Shown: positions 1-13,580, counted from the stretch's first letter. The stretch is DNA of 64,000 nt from Kudoa neothunni (GCA_964304625.1 OZ199838.1:1499158-1563157), one strand, 5' to 3'. The notes: generated by a model not told the origin, from the sequence alone. Numbers and translations: made by a program.

Positions 1-325
1 TTAGGTGATTACTTGTAAATGGCTGAACAGAATGTGGAAACGGATGCTTTTTTTCTGCCCCCTTTTCCAAATCCCAAATAGTTTGAGAGGTGAAGTTCAA
101 CATTTTCTCATCCAGCATCTTCTCATAATCGTACAAAGATTTCAAATTGGATTTATCCAACAAATTTATTTCTTTCATTGCCATAAAACGCATTCGATTC
201 ATTGTTTCAGCAAATATCTTTGGTATTGTCACTCTCTTGTACGTATCCTCATACTATAACAGTAAAAAAATCACATCTCCGATTTCTCGTAAATCTACAA
301 CTACTCTTATTTTGATTGTCAACAT
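1..325 (-). CDS. 5' part of an unidentified spliced gene running off the window (N-terminus weakly PB1/ubiquitin-like)
   Basis: ATG at 325, 21-nt exon, 51-nt GT-AG intron (304-254), then a stop-free exon: MLTIKIR|YEDTYKRVTIPKIFAETMNRMRFMAMKEINLLDKS...HPFPHSVQPFT followed by a GT donor near position 12. Confidence 0.45.
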
Positions 326-3300
326 AACTCAGTAATAAATGTGGCAAATACACCAAAACTGTCTATGTGGTTTCCTTGACGACGCTGGTTATCAGCCACA
401 ACAAAGATAAAATCCACTGGGAGTCTTTGGAAATTCGGTATCAATACAATAGAGTGCAACGATGCTCCCGATAAAATTCAATAAATTACGTAATTTTGCA
501 ACTATTATTAATTAATATTTATAAACACCTAGCTTAGTATTAATAGAAAATTTTAATATTTTAATAATATGAATTACAAAACGGTCGTAAAGGCGTCAAT
601 TTATTTCCCGCTATTTACTTCGATGAGATAAGCCAAACAAAACACACTGACTCTTATTTTGATCATTATTAAGTTGAAGCGGACATTATACATTATTAGT
701 AAAGAATGAACTGCAAAAAAACAAAAATGTATTTCAAATACCTGGTTTATTATCGAAAAATACATAAAAAATAAGCTAAAATTATTTAAATTGTTAAGCA
801 TAAATCTAATAAAATATTTAATTTTATATTGCAGATTAGGCAAAACCAATAAGTTGGTCAACTAGTTCCCCGGCTTTTTCTGGTCTTTCTTTTGCTTTAG
901 AGAGGGTACAGATCAGATATCAGATCGTTGGACTGCGGTGGGACCACTGCGCCTTTATTTCGTAAAGAACGTTGTGGTTGGATTATACGTTTACTAATTG
1001 GTATGAAGTATTGAAAATTATAGTTCGATCCAGGCGTAATGCGAATAAAAATCTTGCAGCTTTAACACATCTAATAGCTATCGACGATGTAATATTTAAG
1101 GCGCAGTAAGATAAGACTCACATGGATAGAAGATATTTGTTTACTCGGTTAGATTTTCACGTTTTCCGCTATAGGACTAGGCAACAAACTACATGTAAAT
1201 CTCCACTATGCCTACAACGTTCATAGAGTCTGATTGAACTTCAATGTCTAAACAGATGCTCCAGAGGGTTTAACTTGAGAAATAACAAATGTGGAATATT
1301 TTTACATTTGTGATGTGAGAAAAATTTCATCTCATTTTTCGCATAAGAATAATTTTGACAAAAATAGTATTAATATATAATTTAAGGTCATATTAGTCAT
1401 AAGATTATTTTATAGCTGTAAAATATTTTTATCACCAATAATACATGCAATTAATTAGCGAGTGACGATTAGATTTAAAAAGTGGAATATAGTTTTTTAC
1501 TGCGTAAATAGTTGTTAAATTTCTAGATTGCTTAAAATATATGTGTTAATATATTGATTTAATTCAGAATTTTATAGGAACATAAATATCAATTTAATTA
1601 CAAAATAGTCATTGAGGTAGTAGTCCATATGAGATATTGCTTATACGCACAGAATACATCCCAATTATAATTTAAAAACTCTTAATTTTACCATTATTAT
1701 TTGATGGATCAAAGCGTGAATCACCTTGAAAAAATATCCTACGGTACAAAACAGCTTCAAACGTTAATAATATAATGCCGCAATTTGTCAATATGAATCG
1801 TACATAAACTATTACATAATAAATAAGAATATAGAAACTTCAACTTTATACAATTGCAAGTTATATAGTTTTTGGTTTGTTGCCATTGCCACCATTTTAA
1901 AAATTAAATTTAAGAATTTATCTAGAAACCAAATTTTTTACCATATTATTGATCAATTAAATTTAATTCTGATTGAATATTAATTCTATATCCTACCATT
2001 TTCTAATTTTTTCTAATTATTTGTTATATTTCGTGATTGAATCAGTAATCTTTTTGTATATAACGTTCATTTAATGTTTAAATTGACAAGAAAAAAATTA
2101 CACTTCCTTGACGCTCTATTTTGAATATCTTCATTGATTAATTTTTAATTAATCAAAGTGATTTTTAGCTACCTAAAAACAAATTTAATATAACTTTGGT
2201 GAATAATAACACTAAAATACTCATTCAAAAATCTAAAATAGCACCATTTAAACCTCCATACATATGCTAAAACAAATCATGTTCCCCGCCGCGGGGGGTC
2301 ATTTTGAGAAAACTTGTACATTTAAAAAAATGGCTTTATATATAACAAAAGTTCATTTATTGATATAGAAAACATAGAAAATTTTTAATTTAACGAATAA
2401 TAAAATATAGATATTGCCTATTTTATCCTTACACGTGACACAATGGATTCTGAAATCACTGAATACGAGCCCCAATTTGAAGAAACTAATGTTGAATTTA
2501 GTAATTATATAATTGAGAACCCCATATCGAGTTACTATTATGCTGATAATGTAATTTATCTTTCCAGCGTAAAAATCTACGCGGTGGCATTTAAGGAGGG
2601 AGAAAAATGGTCTGAACAATCAACACGTATTCGAAGATTAACTGACGCAGTGAACATTTTCAAACATAAAACCTCCTTTAAAAATAATGAATCAAAATAT
2701 TGTGATACTTCATTGTTTGTGTTCTTAAATTTTCTGAAAAGTGAAACGTTTCATTTGATTGTTGAATTTATAAATAAACACATAAGGAATGAGTTACAAT
2801 AGTTGAGTTCAATTACAAACGATGATTGAATGAAGTATATTAGTTTTGATTCGCATATAAGAATAATGAAGGGGGAAAAATATGGATTTGCACAATTACT
2901 AATGTCTGCAATCTTGAGTTGAGTGAATTTTAATGTACATATATAATTTTTAAAAATGAATACTAAATAAGTTAATCCTAGACTGCGAGCTAAATGTTGA
3001 CAGAGACTATGGTACAACCGTGTAAACGGCCTTATTGCTATGATCAATCTCATCATGAAAATCATGATAGTCTGGTTGCAATCGGGAATTTAAAATATTC
3101 CTCCGTCACATATAAATTACGTATTATTTAAAACAGTTGTTTAAAAGTTTTTCTATTTCTAAAAGAAGAAAATTTTCAGCGAGTTACAATCTACGTCACG
3201 TGTTTGAATAAGAAAATCATTTCCTATTATTTTTAATAATATATTTTAATAATATTAGTTTTTCTATTATAGCAAACGCTCCTTTTTTAAATACAATAGC

Positions 3301-3691
3301 AATTTCTTAAATACTATTCAGGGATATTAAAAATGGCAGGTAACATGGTTTTTTATGTATCAAGGCTTAACATGTCTTTAATGATAACGTATAACAAATT
3401 TAAATTGTATATGATGATAATCAAGTTTCAAAAATAAATTAGAGATAACAAAAATTTTTTTCTCTCGGAGTTGTTTACAAGAAAACATCGATTAAGTCCG
3501 GTGAGGGTCAAACAATGTAATCAATTTTTATGCATAATCGTAATATATTCCACAAAATAATTGTATTAAAACATAATTCACCCATGATTAAAAAAATTCA
3601 CACATATTTTAAAAGTTGGGGATTAATTTAAGTAAATTATACAGTAGTTAATCGATTTTCCGCACTTTTTTTGATGCGTTCGCTTTTCCTA

Positions 3692-3847
3692 TTACTATTT
3701 ACTATTTGCTATTTACTATTTGCTATTTACTATTTGCTATTTGCTATTTGCTATTTACTATTTGCTATTTACTATTTGCTATTTACTATTTGCTATTTAC
3801 TATTTGCTATTTACTATTTGCTATTTACTATTTGCTATTTACTATTT
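3692..3847. repeat. Heptamer tandem repeat with two interspersed variants (TTTGCTA / TTTACTA)
   Basis: Directly visible, about 22 units; it explains the spurious ORF 3671..3865. Confidence 0.95.
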
Positions 3848-4611
3848 AAAGGATTGTTTACTTGATTTATAAAAAAATTTTTGTAATTTATTAAGTGAAA
3901 TATTTGAACTTTTGCCACATAAATTAGAAATGTTGATATACCTATAAACTAAGAATATGGAGACTAAAAGGTAAAACGGTACATAATTATGCAGTTTTTA
4001 CACGTCTATAGGGGAGCAACCTATTTTTTCAAATAAACGATAATTAATGCTTGTTGAATATACATACGTCATATATACATGTGTTCAGGTATAATACATA
4101 TTTATTTATAAGAAATGAATGCTTAACTTGAGTTGTAAAAGAAAAATTTATTCATAAATAACCTAGAAATCTTTTTGTTTGAAATATTGCATTGATATAC
4201 ATACTACATTGTATATGTCGTACGGTGTTGAGTGGTACTTTTATCTGGAAATATGATTAAATGGTTCTTCTGGTTTCCGAATAATTGATCATTTATCGAC
4301 ACGTAATGTCAATAAAATCCAAACGAAATATGAAATTTTTTCCGGATAATCAATGCTCGACTGTATTTCATATAGATGTAATATAATTAAGTTCACAATT
4401 AGTAGCTTTTAGAAAGTTTTTTATCCTTTTAACATCAATTTAAGAAAATCTGGTGAATATGCATTTAGATTGCTATCATTTTCAATAATGTGGGTTTTAG
4501 CGAAATTCTTTTGTAGTTGGACTTTGAAAAATAAATTATTCATTTATTGAGAGATAATAGTTAACTATATGAATTTTTTGATAAATGTAAGAATGATGTT
4601 AAAGTCCAAAA

Positions 4612-5914
4612 GGGCTCGTACGTAATGAGTCGGGGAATGGAGTCTCCCTACGTAGAATCACCGCATTACGCAAGAGATCTCTATGCGCATTGATGATTTT
4701 GTCAGAAATTTTTATTTTACTTTAATCATTGCTTTATGTATACTTAACTGAATAAATAAAATCAATTTTGACATTATTGCATCTATTTTTATATTGAGCG
4801 AATTGATAGTCTATTAGTGGTCTAAAAAATTTCTAAAGGAATTATGAAGTTGCGAAAAATAAATATAAATGGTAACAACTATTCTTATGCAATAAATGTA
4901 TTTTGATTGTTTCTCATTTGTTCGACTCTAGTATCTCATTACGAATTCACGTTACCCAATTTATAAATATTTAAAAAAATCAAATTTTTGGTGTCATTCT
5001 TGAATCGATTATAATACTGTAAACCTGCTTTCCGACATCACAAATGTCTTTAACTGGGATCGAATTTGTTTGGTTTAATAACTTAAATAGATCTACTTAT
5101 TATTCGAGAGCCTGATTAAATGAAATAGATGGATTCACAATTTACGTTTAATCCTCATCAGATGTGTTGTTATCATCTATTTACCATATTTCACCCTTTT
5201 AATTATTTTTTAAACATATTTTTAATGCATTCTCAGGTGACCACTTTTCACGAACATCATAAAGTTTCTCATTCCATTCTGGTAGTGTTCCAGCAGGAAA
5301 GCTTCCAGTTTCCAGCTTCAACATAACATATTTTAATTTAACCTGGTTTTTATACCCTTTAAATTTTCTACAGTTAAAATGATCGCTATTATTGTTACAT
5401 TCATTTGAAGTGAAACTTCTCGCCATTGTAATGGTATAAACCACCATTCACTCTTACTTAAAGTATCCACTTAGATTTTGTTCTAAACATCACGGTTGAG
5501 GTCTTATTTAAGGTTTTTCGGTAATTTTTCACATTGATTAACCTCCTGATTTAAAAATTACATCTCTTATTAAGATCTCATTCAACGTTGACATTCTTTT
5601 CGGGCCATACTTATCCATAGTCATTTTTTCGAAATTTCTCATCTCGTGTACTGAATTATTTTTAATTTCTCAGAAAAGCTTTTGTAATTTTGCGGTTAGA
5701 TAGATTTTATTATTTCCACGATTACGTACGAAACACGAAACATGAAAAGTTTATTTTCAGGTACAATTTCCATTATGTAGAATCGTTGAATTACACACGA
5801 GCCATGTTTTTGTTTATTTTTCTCATAGTTAAGAGTATTATTTTTATTATAATTAAGAATTAAAAAATTCAAATTTAGTTTTGTGTAAAAAAAGTGGCGA
5901 TTACGTACGAGCGC
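4612..5914. mobile_element. ~1.3 kb non-autonomous DNA transposon bounded by 15-bp terminal inverted repeats (possibly MULE-like)
   Basis: GGGCTCGTACGTAAT at 4612-4626 versus ATTACGTACGAGCGC at 5900-5914 (14/15 inverted match). Decayed internal minus-strand ORF with CNNNSDHFN, loosely like the MULE TNNxxESxN motif. No TSD found. Confidence 0.55.
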
Positions 5915-7756
5915 TATTTCACTAAACATCATCTCGTTTCATGATTCAAAGTTGAGCTACAGATACATACATATATGTTATTAAAAATATTTACAAAATT
6001 ATTATTTTATTTAATTAGATATATTTTACATGTTTCAACATCATTATTTCTTTGTTATTATATTCAAATTGAATGGATAAATTTTTATTGTCGTTAAAAA
6101 CCCGTTAATTTTTGTGACAGCAAGTCAAAATTGTCTGAACAACTTCCAGAAACGGACATATAAAATTAGCTCATAAATCATTTTAGATATCTTTTCTAGA
6201 TGTGAATTGGATTCCAAGCATAACTCGAATTTTACCTTAGAAAACTTTTACACATTAAAATAATTATTTTTTTTATTGAATAATGTAGTCTTATGTAAAT
6301 TGACCATTTTTAAATTAATGCATGACCTATAATCCATAAAAACTCCTAAAGTACTAAATTTTTTTACTTATTTGTTCATCTAAAATAAATCGGTTTTCTT
6401 GACTCTAGTCTAATGCCTTAAATCAATTATAAACTACAGCATAAAAATTATTTTTGAACTATTTTCCAGAATATTTCATATTTCTTATGGATGAATCCGA
6501 GCTTTCTTTACACGAGGAAATCGATTCGGCATTATTGTTTCATCAGTTTTCAAAGCAGAAATAGGTAAGAGAACAAAATTACCCAAGAATGTAAATGATA
6601 TACCTGTATTTATTCGCAATTTTTTTAAGAATGGGTCAATAATAAACTTCTCTTTAAATCTAAATTATTTGCAATTTTATCGTGGACGCAACTAATCAAA
6701 AAAAAGGATTTTGAAAATTAGGGTTGGAGTCGAAAGTTACGTAAAATACATAATCCCTATTTTTATAAACAACTTCTTTACAAATTATTTTTCTCTCGAA
6801 ACTTTCTTTTATATTTGCATAAAATAAACTGTCTTAATTTACAGAAATAGTTTTAACTCTGATAATTATATATAAGCGTAGAAAAAGTAAATGTACGTAA
6901 AATCGATTACCTACTATAAAAGATTATTGTGTATTATCAACAAAGTCATTATTTATAATTATATACCTACTTCAGAAAGATTCATATGTTAAAACTCACT
7001 CTTACATAACCATTTTTAGATATAAAATAGTTACGAAAACGAGAAATTGAAATTGGCGCGCAAGCACAAAAAAATAGATCGATGTACGAATATCGACTAT
7101 TTTTAGCCATTGTTCACACAACAAATACAAAACAAATTTTCGCTACATTTTAAAGAGAGGATGAAATTATTACACAATCGATACTTAAAAATATGATTAT
7201 TAGTTAATTTTCATTTTTTCCATTAAAAATTAAAATAATGAGTAATATATCACCTCCAATAAGACAGTAAGAATTTCGGAACGAAAGGGCTAAATTAGTT
7301 AACATAAAATTAACCTTCTTGATATGCAATTAATTGATTTTCGTTGATATCAAAATGAAACGTAAATTAAAATATAATTACCTAGGAGGAATAAAATAGG
7401 TTTCAAATTAGAATGTGCGTTATTATTTGCTTTACCGAACTCCTAACATCCAACGCTACGATCCAATAATTATACATTCGCCTCAGCTGTGCTACCCCCT
7501 CCCAGAAGGAATCAGTTATTAAGCTTAGTAATAATTTTTCACAAATATTATACAATAATTTTAACAATACTTCAATAGGAAATTGGAAAAAATTCGTTTA
7601 CACTATAAAACTCCCCAATAATCAAAACACAACAAATTAATAGGTGTAAATTGTGTTAAAAAATCAACAAACGACAATGCCATAACAACATTTACTATAT
7701 CAAGTAATCAAATACTCCTATTAACAAGTAACAATGAAAAACAGTCTAAAGAGCTC

Positions 7757-9987
7757 CTAGAAAAAATAGGGCTTGTCCTCGAAAATATCAAGATCAATGT
7801 TTTCCCCATCCAAATAGGTTCCAGTTTCGTTACCAGCAACAATGAGGTATTTTTGTGAGAGTTCGTTGGCTAGTTTGGCTATTTCGGATTTGGGATGGAT
7901 GCACAAATTTTCGAGCGTATCCATTGCGCCGGAAATGTCAAATCGTTGTTGTAGATCGCGGCGAAAATCAATGCAGACCTAATTGGAAAAATTTCCAGTA
8001 TCTCGTTAAATTACACAACACACACACACATCCAAATCACATACTTTAAAAATTCCAATATAACTTTCAAGCGCATGTTTAATCATCTAAAAACAATTAT
8101 ACATCATTCACTGAAATTAAAGAAAAACGTCCCCAACAAAAAACCACTCACATTAGAATCCTTTGATTTGAGAACTGTATGCAACGCATCAAATATTCCC
8201 ATATGAACCAGTCTCATGTTCTAATGGAACAACAAATACTCCTGTTTAAGTTATTGAATGAATATTACGTCATTTGTGCTGCCATTGTGGACAATATTTG
8301 AGACAACCCAAAGAGCTTCCTTTTGATGCATAAACAATCCATGTTGTAGGTGTCTAAGCACTCGATCAATAATAGAAGGTTCGATGATCATCTAAACAAC
8401 GAATGGAAGTGTGTAAAGTGGTTGGGGTGTATTACTCGCATTTGATCATGGGTACCAGCAGCAATGTTGGAAAGCACCCATAAAGTCTCCTGTATAATTC
8501 GTACATCTTCCAATTCCAACAACATTCCCAGTTGAGTTAACACGTTCAGTTTGCACACATAGTCGGTGTGTGTGTCGGGGCCGGCGGCAAGATTTCCCAA
8601 ACAACGTATAATACCAAGAACTAATCGAGAATCGCCGTGAGTGAAAAAATTCACCGCAATACGAAGAATATCCGATTCCACAACCACATTGGCGTTAGCT
8701 TGACAGGAGTCAATCAAAAAACTGAGACTCCATAACGCATCGGATACAACCTTCGAGTCGTTTGGAAAACCAATCAACAAATCTTTGATTATGGCGAGCG
8801 ATTGTAAAGTGTATACCGTTGGTATTGGTTCATCTTTTGAACGAACTATGTTGATCATCAGCCAAGCGATGTTTTGAAGAAGCGGAATAAAATTGACTTT
8901 ATCGGGACTGTTGGCAGCTTTCAACACAATCTCGTAGATAAGCTTCAAATAGCCCATTTCAATGACTTTGTCTCTCAATTCGGGCCCTTCTCCAACAATA
9001 TTGGCCAATGTCCAAGCTGTTTGTTCGGCCACCTTTACATGGGGTGATTGTAACGTTTTGAAGAGCAATGGTAGAAAATCTGCCAATGCCATCATTTAAA
9101 ACCACACTCATTATAACCAAAATACTATTATCCACAACAGCTAAAGTCTGATGTGATTCTCCAGATGCAATGTTAGTGAGTGACCATAAAGCTTCATATT
9201 GTACGTCAGGTCTAATAAAAACCTTCTATTAACAGTCAACTTTGACCCAACCAAATTACTCATTTTCACGTTCTATACATTTGTATAGAGCTGGCAAAAC
9301 ATTGATCCTAAATTGTGAAGTAGGTAGGTTGATTAGTATAATTTTTAAATATTGGTTCGGTTGAAGAACTCCAAATAATATCAATCTATTATTTATCGCA
9401 ATTACTTTATCAATGCATCCACAGGTCTATAATCCCGATTACTTAGGATAGTTCGAATAGTCTTGAGCGCAATAAAACGTTCATCGTAGTTATCACTGAG
9501 AGCCTCCTATGTATTGTTATCATAATTATTAACTGAATTGTTAAAGTTGGACATGTCGAAATGTAATCTGTCAAATCAACCTTAATAAGTTCATCTTCGT
9601 TTTTCTCCTTTACAACAACAATAATACTCAACCAAAACAATCATATCGATCTCACACTTACATCCAATACAAATTTGGTCTGCGCCAAAGAGTTATTCAT
9701 TCCAAGCCTAGAATTATCTTCATCTCGATTTGGCATCATTCGTTTCTGCTGAATTATCTCATCTCGTTGGCTCTACAAATTGTACCAATTCATTCCACCT
9801 AGCAAGCTCCACAAAGGGTGATAATACTTGACGTAATTCAATGGTTTGATTTGTGCGTTGATTACGTATATCCTAGAATAAAAGAAGGAGTTGATTGTAT
9901 TGTATAATTGGTTGTGGGTGGTATTAGGAGATTCTAAATTACCGAAACATCAACCTTTGCTTTATACAACTTTTTATGCTTATCCAT
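7757..9987 (-). CDS. KPNA: Importin subunit alpha (karyopherin alpha), multi-exon
   Basis: N-terminal IBB-like segment (ELRQSQRDEIIQQKR); ARM-repeat WxxxN motifs WSLTN, WTLAN, WLMIN, WVLSN, WVVSN; NIASG/NIVGEG/NLAAG; ends ...DKPYFF*. Short GT-AG introns. Confidence 0.95.
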
Positions 9988-10917
9988 CACTGCCAAAGAT
10001 CAATTTGAAGCAGCGTGAGCATCTATACTTGGTATTAGCATTGCGGAGGTATTAGCGGGATTGTTAGAACTTTTTACATTGTTATAATCTATCTATTTCA
10101 ACTTTTTTAAGATCGTTAAGCAACGCTGAGCATTGTGTATAAAGTGCATAAGTTTTAATTGGGCAAGCGAATATTTTGTTTTGAAAAGATCTCTCGGTAA
10201 ACCATTGCAATAAAAACTAACATTCTATTGAAGATGTGTTCGATTATAAATCACATATTAGTGGAAGAATAGAGTGGATTTTGTATGCATGTAACAAATT
10301 GACGGCAACTCGCGCATAATCTGCCCGATCAGAACACCACTGAGGACGCCGACTATCTTAACCTTAACACGGTTTATTTTCGGACAGTATAACTTTAGAA
10401 TACTGCAAATTATTGATTGAACTCTACAGTTGATTTAACACTGTGGTAGTGGTCAACAACTGTTACCGAATTATGATACAGAACTGAATGGTTTATTAAT
10501 GCCGCTAATATTTTGACGGTAGCGAAAAGTAATCCCGCAAAGGCTGTGAGTGTCAAATTCAATATGTTGGAAAACATTTGGGGATTATCTACCTTAACTC
10601 ATGAAAATAGCGATTTATCGAAATTTACGGTTTTTAGAAAATTTAATAATATTTCCTAATTAACCCTTTAATTAATGTACTCTAGGATTAAAAAATAGAA
10701 CAGGTTTTATGCGATCATTTGTTGGAAAGAATTTTTTCAAGTAGAAATATTGACAATTCTAGGGGATATACAAAAACGATAAGGTGTTACAACGTAAATA
10801 AATTAGATAATAATCTCGATAATTCTACGAATACCGCTTTCGTCAACAACCGTCGCATTAACTTTTAAATCCTTGGTTCGATTGACAGTGTGTTTTTCCT
10901 CATGAAAGCTTCTACAG

Positions 10918-11562
10918 TAACTAAAAGTCATGTGACTGACCAATTTGACGCACTTTTTAAAAATCCATTTAGTTAGAATATTGATTGGTCATTGTTTATG
11001 TAATATTTTTCTTATAATATTTCAATCAAAATTGTTAAAAGATTATTTAAAACAGTTGCTAAATAATGTAACTAAAAGTCATGTGACTGACCAATTTGAC
11101 GCACTTTTTAAAAATCCATTTAGTTAGAATATTGATTGGTCATTGTTTATGTAATATTTTTCTTATAATATTTCAATCAAAATTGTTAAAAGATTATTTT
11201 AAACAGTTGCTAAATAATGTAACTAAAGGTCATGTGATTGACCAATTTCACGCACTTTTTAAAAATCCATTTAGTTAGAATATTGATTGGTCATTGTTTA
11301 TGTAATATTTTTCTTATAATATTTCAATCAAAATTGTTAAAAGATTATTTTAAACAGTTGCTAAATAATGTAACTAAAAGTCATGTGACTGACCAATTTC
11401 ACGCACTTTTTAAAAATCCATTTAGTTAGAATATTGATTGGTCATTGTTTATATAATATTTTTCTTATAATATTTCAATCAAAATTGTTAAAAGATTATT
11501 TTAAACAGTTGCTAAATAATGTAACTAAAGGTCATGTGATTGACCAATTTTACGCACTTTTT
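10918..11562. repeat. 151-bp tandem repeat (about 4.3 near-identical copies)
   Basis: Period 151 (ORFs at 10945 and 11096 are near-identical); the units differ at only a few positions. Confidence 0.97.
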
Positions 11563-11699
11563 TCGAGTAATTCTTGTTTATTATTTAGCTAAGTCAATAT
11601 TTTATGACAATAAACCGCTAATGTATCGCATTTTTAAATATTTATTATCTCAACTCCTAATGACATCCTAGAGATGAAAAATAAGATAATCAAAACCTA

Positions 11700-12080
11700 C
11701 AAATGTTTGTAGAATCTATAAATAGAAATTATTTGCATGCACGACAATTCAATTCTATTGACGAAGATGTATACGAGTGGATTGGGTGGACACGAAGCAG
11801 AAATATTGTAGTAAGCATCGTGGACGATAATCATCAAGAGATATTAATTAGCCAAAGAAAAAGGTTTATCTTCATGTGCAGCGATTCTTGAAGGATTTCA
11901 TTGTTTTAAAAAAGTTTTAACGTCTGAAAATCGAATTTATTAGCTAATCTGCTGATGCTACACAACTGAAACTACTTCATAATAGACACCAATCAAATCA
12001 GGACATTTTTTAATATATACTATGAAAATTTTATTTACGATGCACACGAAACTGCCTTATTCTACTGATTGCAACAAAAA
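11700..12080 (+). mobile_element. Decayed pogo/Tigger-family transposase fragment (CENP-B HTH plus start of DDE_1)
   Basis: FNSIDEDVYEWIGWTRSRNI resembles the CENP-B-type HTH; downstream YENFIYDAHETALFY resembles NIFNADETGLFY; contains stops and frameshifts. Confidence 0.6.
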
Positions 12081-12699
12081 GAGTATTTCATAGATAGTTG
12101 AAAAAATATTTTTGTACTCCTAATTCGTTTCTCGAGTTTTAATTATTTTTTTAAAAATTAATATATAGTTAATTAGCCTTTATAAACGCAATTTAATTAT
12201 TATTAAATGCCAAATTTTTCTGAAATAATTGCGCGCGCGTGTGTACGAGATTAGGCGTGACCGGTTTACGCACTTTTTTTCGTGGTCCCCAGGGGATTAT
12301 GTGAATTTGGTTTCTTGTTGTATTATTAATAATTTGTATATAATTAATCTTTGCAATTTGTATTTGTTGGTGGTATTAAGCGCCAAATTAAAATCTGCCA
12401 TATCGAAAATCGCGATACTGGCTTCAAAGTACGTCGTAATGCCCAATTATCTCACCACTATTCATGTCACATCAATATTCAGAATTATACCTGTTTCATC
12501 AGAGTGGTTCATTTAACGTTCAAAAATTCTTTCCGCCCCATCGGTAATCGGGGGGGGGGGCGTGATATCCACGTTGGGAAATGCTGCATTAGAGGGTTTA
12601 GCGTTCGCGAATACAGTATTTCACGAACAATCATTAAGAACTGCTCGCATGTTTTTACTAATTATCAAATAAAGAAGAAAAAATAGAGAAGCCAACAAG

Positions 12700-13150
12700 T
12701 TATTTATTCAAATAATAATTTCGGTGTAAGATGTTGACGGGATTCTTAAGTAGGGATGCTGGAAAATAAGAGTTTAAGTGTCTCACATAGCTTTGACGAT
12801 TGGTTTCGGTTATTTGGATTGGATTATTGTTCATACATTCAATTAGTTCATCATGTGTTTTTGGTGCTATCCTTTTGAAAAATGAATTAAGTTGCCCAAA
12901 AACTTCTTCGTTTGGGTCAAGAAGGGGCGAGTACGACGATAATAGTAATAACTTCTGGGGACTGTTTTCTATCAAACTTCGAACACACTCAATCGTATGG
13001 GAAGCTGGGAAGCTATGTTATCTGTAACCAAAATAGATTTATCATCATAATTCGCCTCCAAATTTTCAAAAAGATCTAGAAATTACGTAAACACAGACTG
13101 GTTCACACCTCCTTTGTGAAGTTTTAAAATGTCGTAGACAGATAACACAT
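12700..13150 (-). mobile_element. Tc1/IS630-type (DDE_3) transposase pseudogene
   Basis: KGGVNQSVFT*FLDL...ILVTDNIAS and LSSYSPLLDPNEEVFGQL match the DN and PPYSPDLNPIE motifs; in-frame stop and frameshift. Confidence 0.75.
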
Positions 13151-13580
13151 CGGTGTGACACTCGAACTCAGAACCTTGAGGAGGTAATGGGTTCGAATCC
13201 TCCGGTGGTCAGACTACTGCTTCCGTGTCGATGGGTGTCTATCCCATATTCGGTTTGGGAGCTGTGGTTAAAGTGTACGCCCGCTGTGGAGTGAGATGCA
13301 CTGGCAGCCAGATTTGCGTGAATAGAAGTTTGAATCTCCGGAACCCATCGAAAATCGAAAGGCAAAGTAATTTGCAGTTCCCACAGAGCCAACGTCCTTA
13401 AAGGGATAGGGTTTGAGGTTATTTTCGCCCTGAGACGAGGATGTTTTGTGAGCTAAAGGTCCACAGTACCGCATAAAGATAAGCGACGGGGTTTCATTTT
13501 ACGTCCTGCGATGCCTAAAGCTCTAATGGAAGAGGTCTGACCAACCAGAATTCCACAACCTAATAAGTTGTGCCAGGGTT
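13150..13580 (+). mobile_element. tRNA-derived SINE-like or structured Pol III-type RNA island
   Basis: Sharply GC-richer than its flanks. tRNA-like head CGGT...CTCAGAACC...GAGGT..GGGTTCGAATCCT with a perfect B-box at ~13190-13200; many internal inverted repeats; abuts the Tc1 relic. Confidence 0.6.

Noticed and set aside
2443-3070. 119-aa ORF 2443..2802 as a host gene
   Set aside because: No recognisable domain or splice structure; faint hAT C-terminal-like remnants nearby suggest TE debris, but the evidence is too weak to call.
6300-6800. MDESELSLH resembling a Tc1/mariner first catalytic Asp motif
   Set aside because: A single short motif with no supporting downstream DDE motifs or TIRs.
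10918-11562. CRISPR-like array or repeated small ORFs
   Set aside because: The units are contiguous and near-identical with no unique spacers, the context is eukaryotic, and the ORFs are by-products of the repeat.
13150-13215. Functional tRNA gene
   Set aside because: Only the T-arm/B-box is good; the acceptor and anticodon stems do not pair and the A-box is incomplete.
13205-13545. RNase P RNA (TCAGACTAC and GGTCTGA resemble the P4 strands)
   Set aside because: The two motifs are in the wrong order and the other conserved regions were not found.
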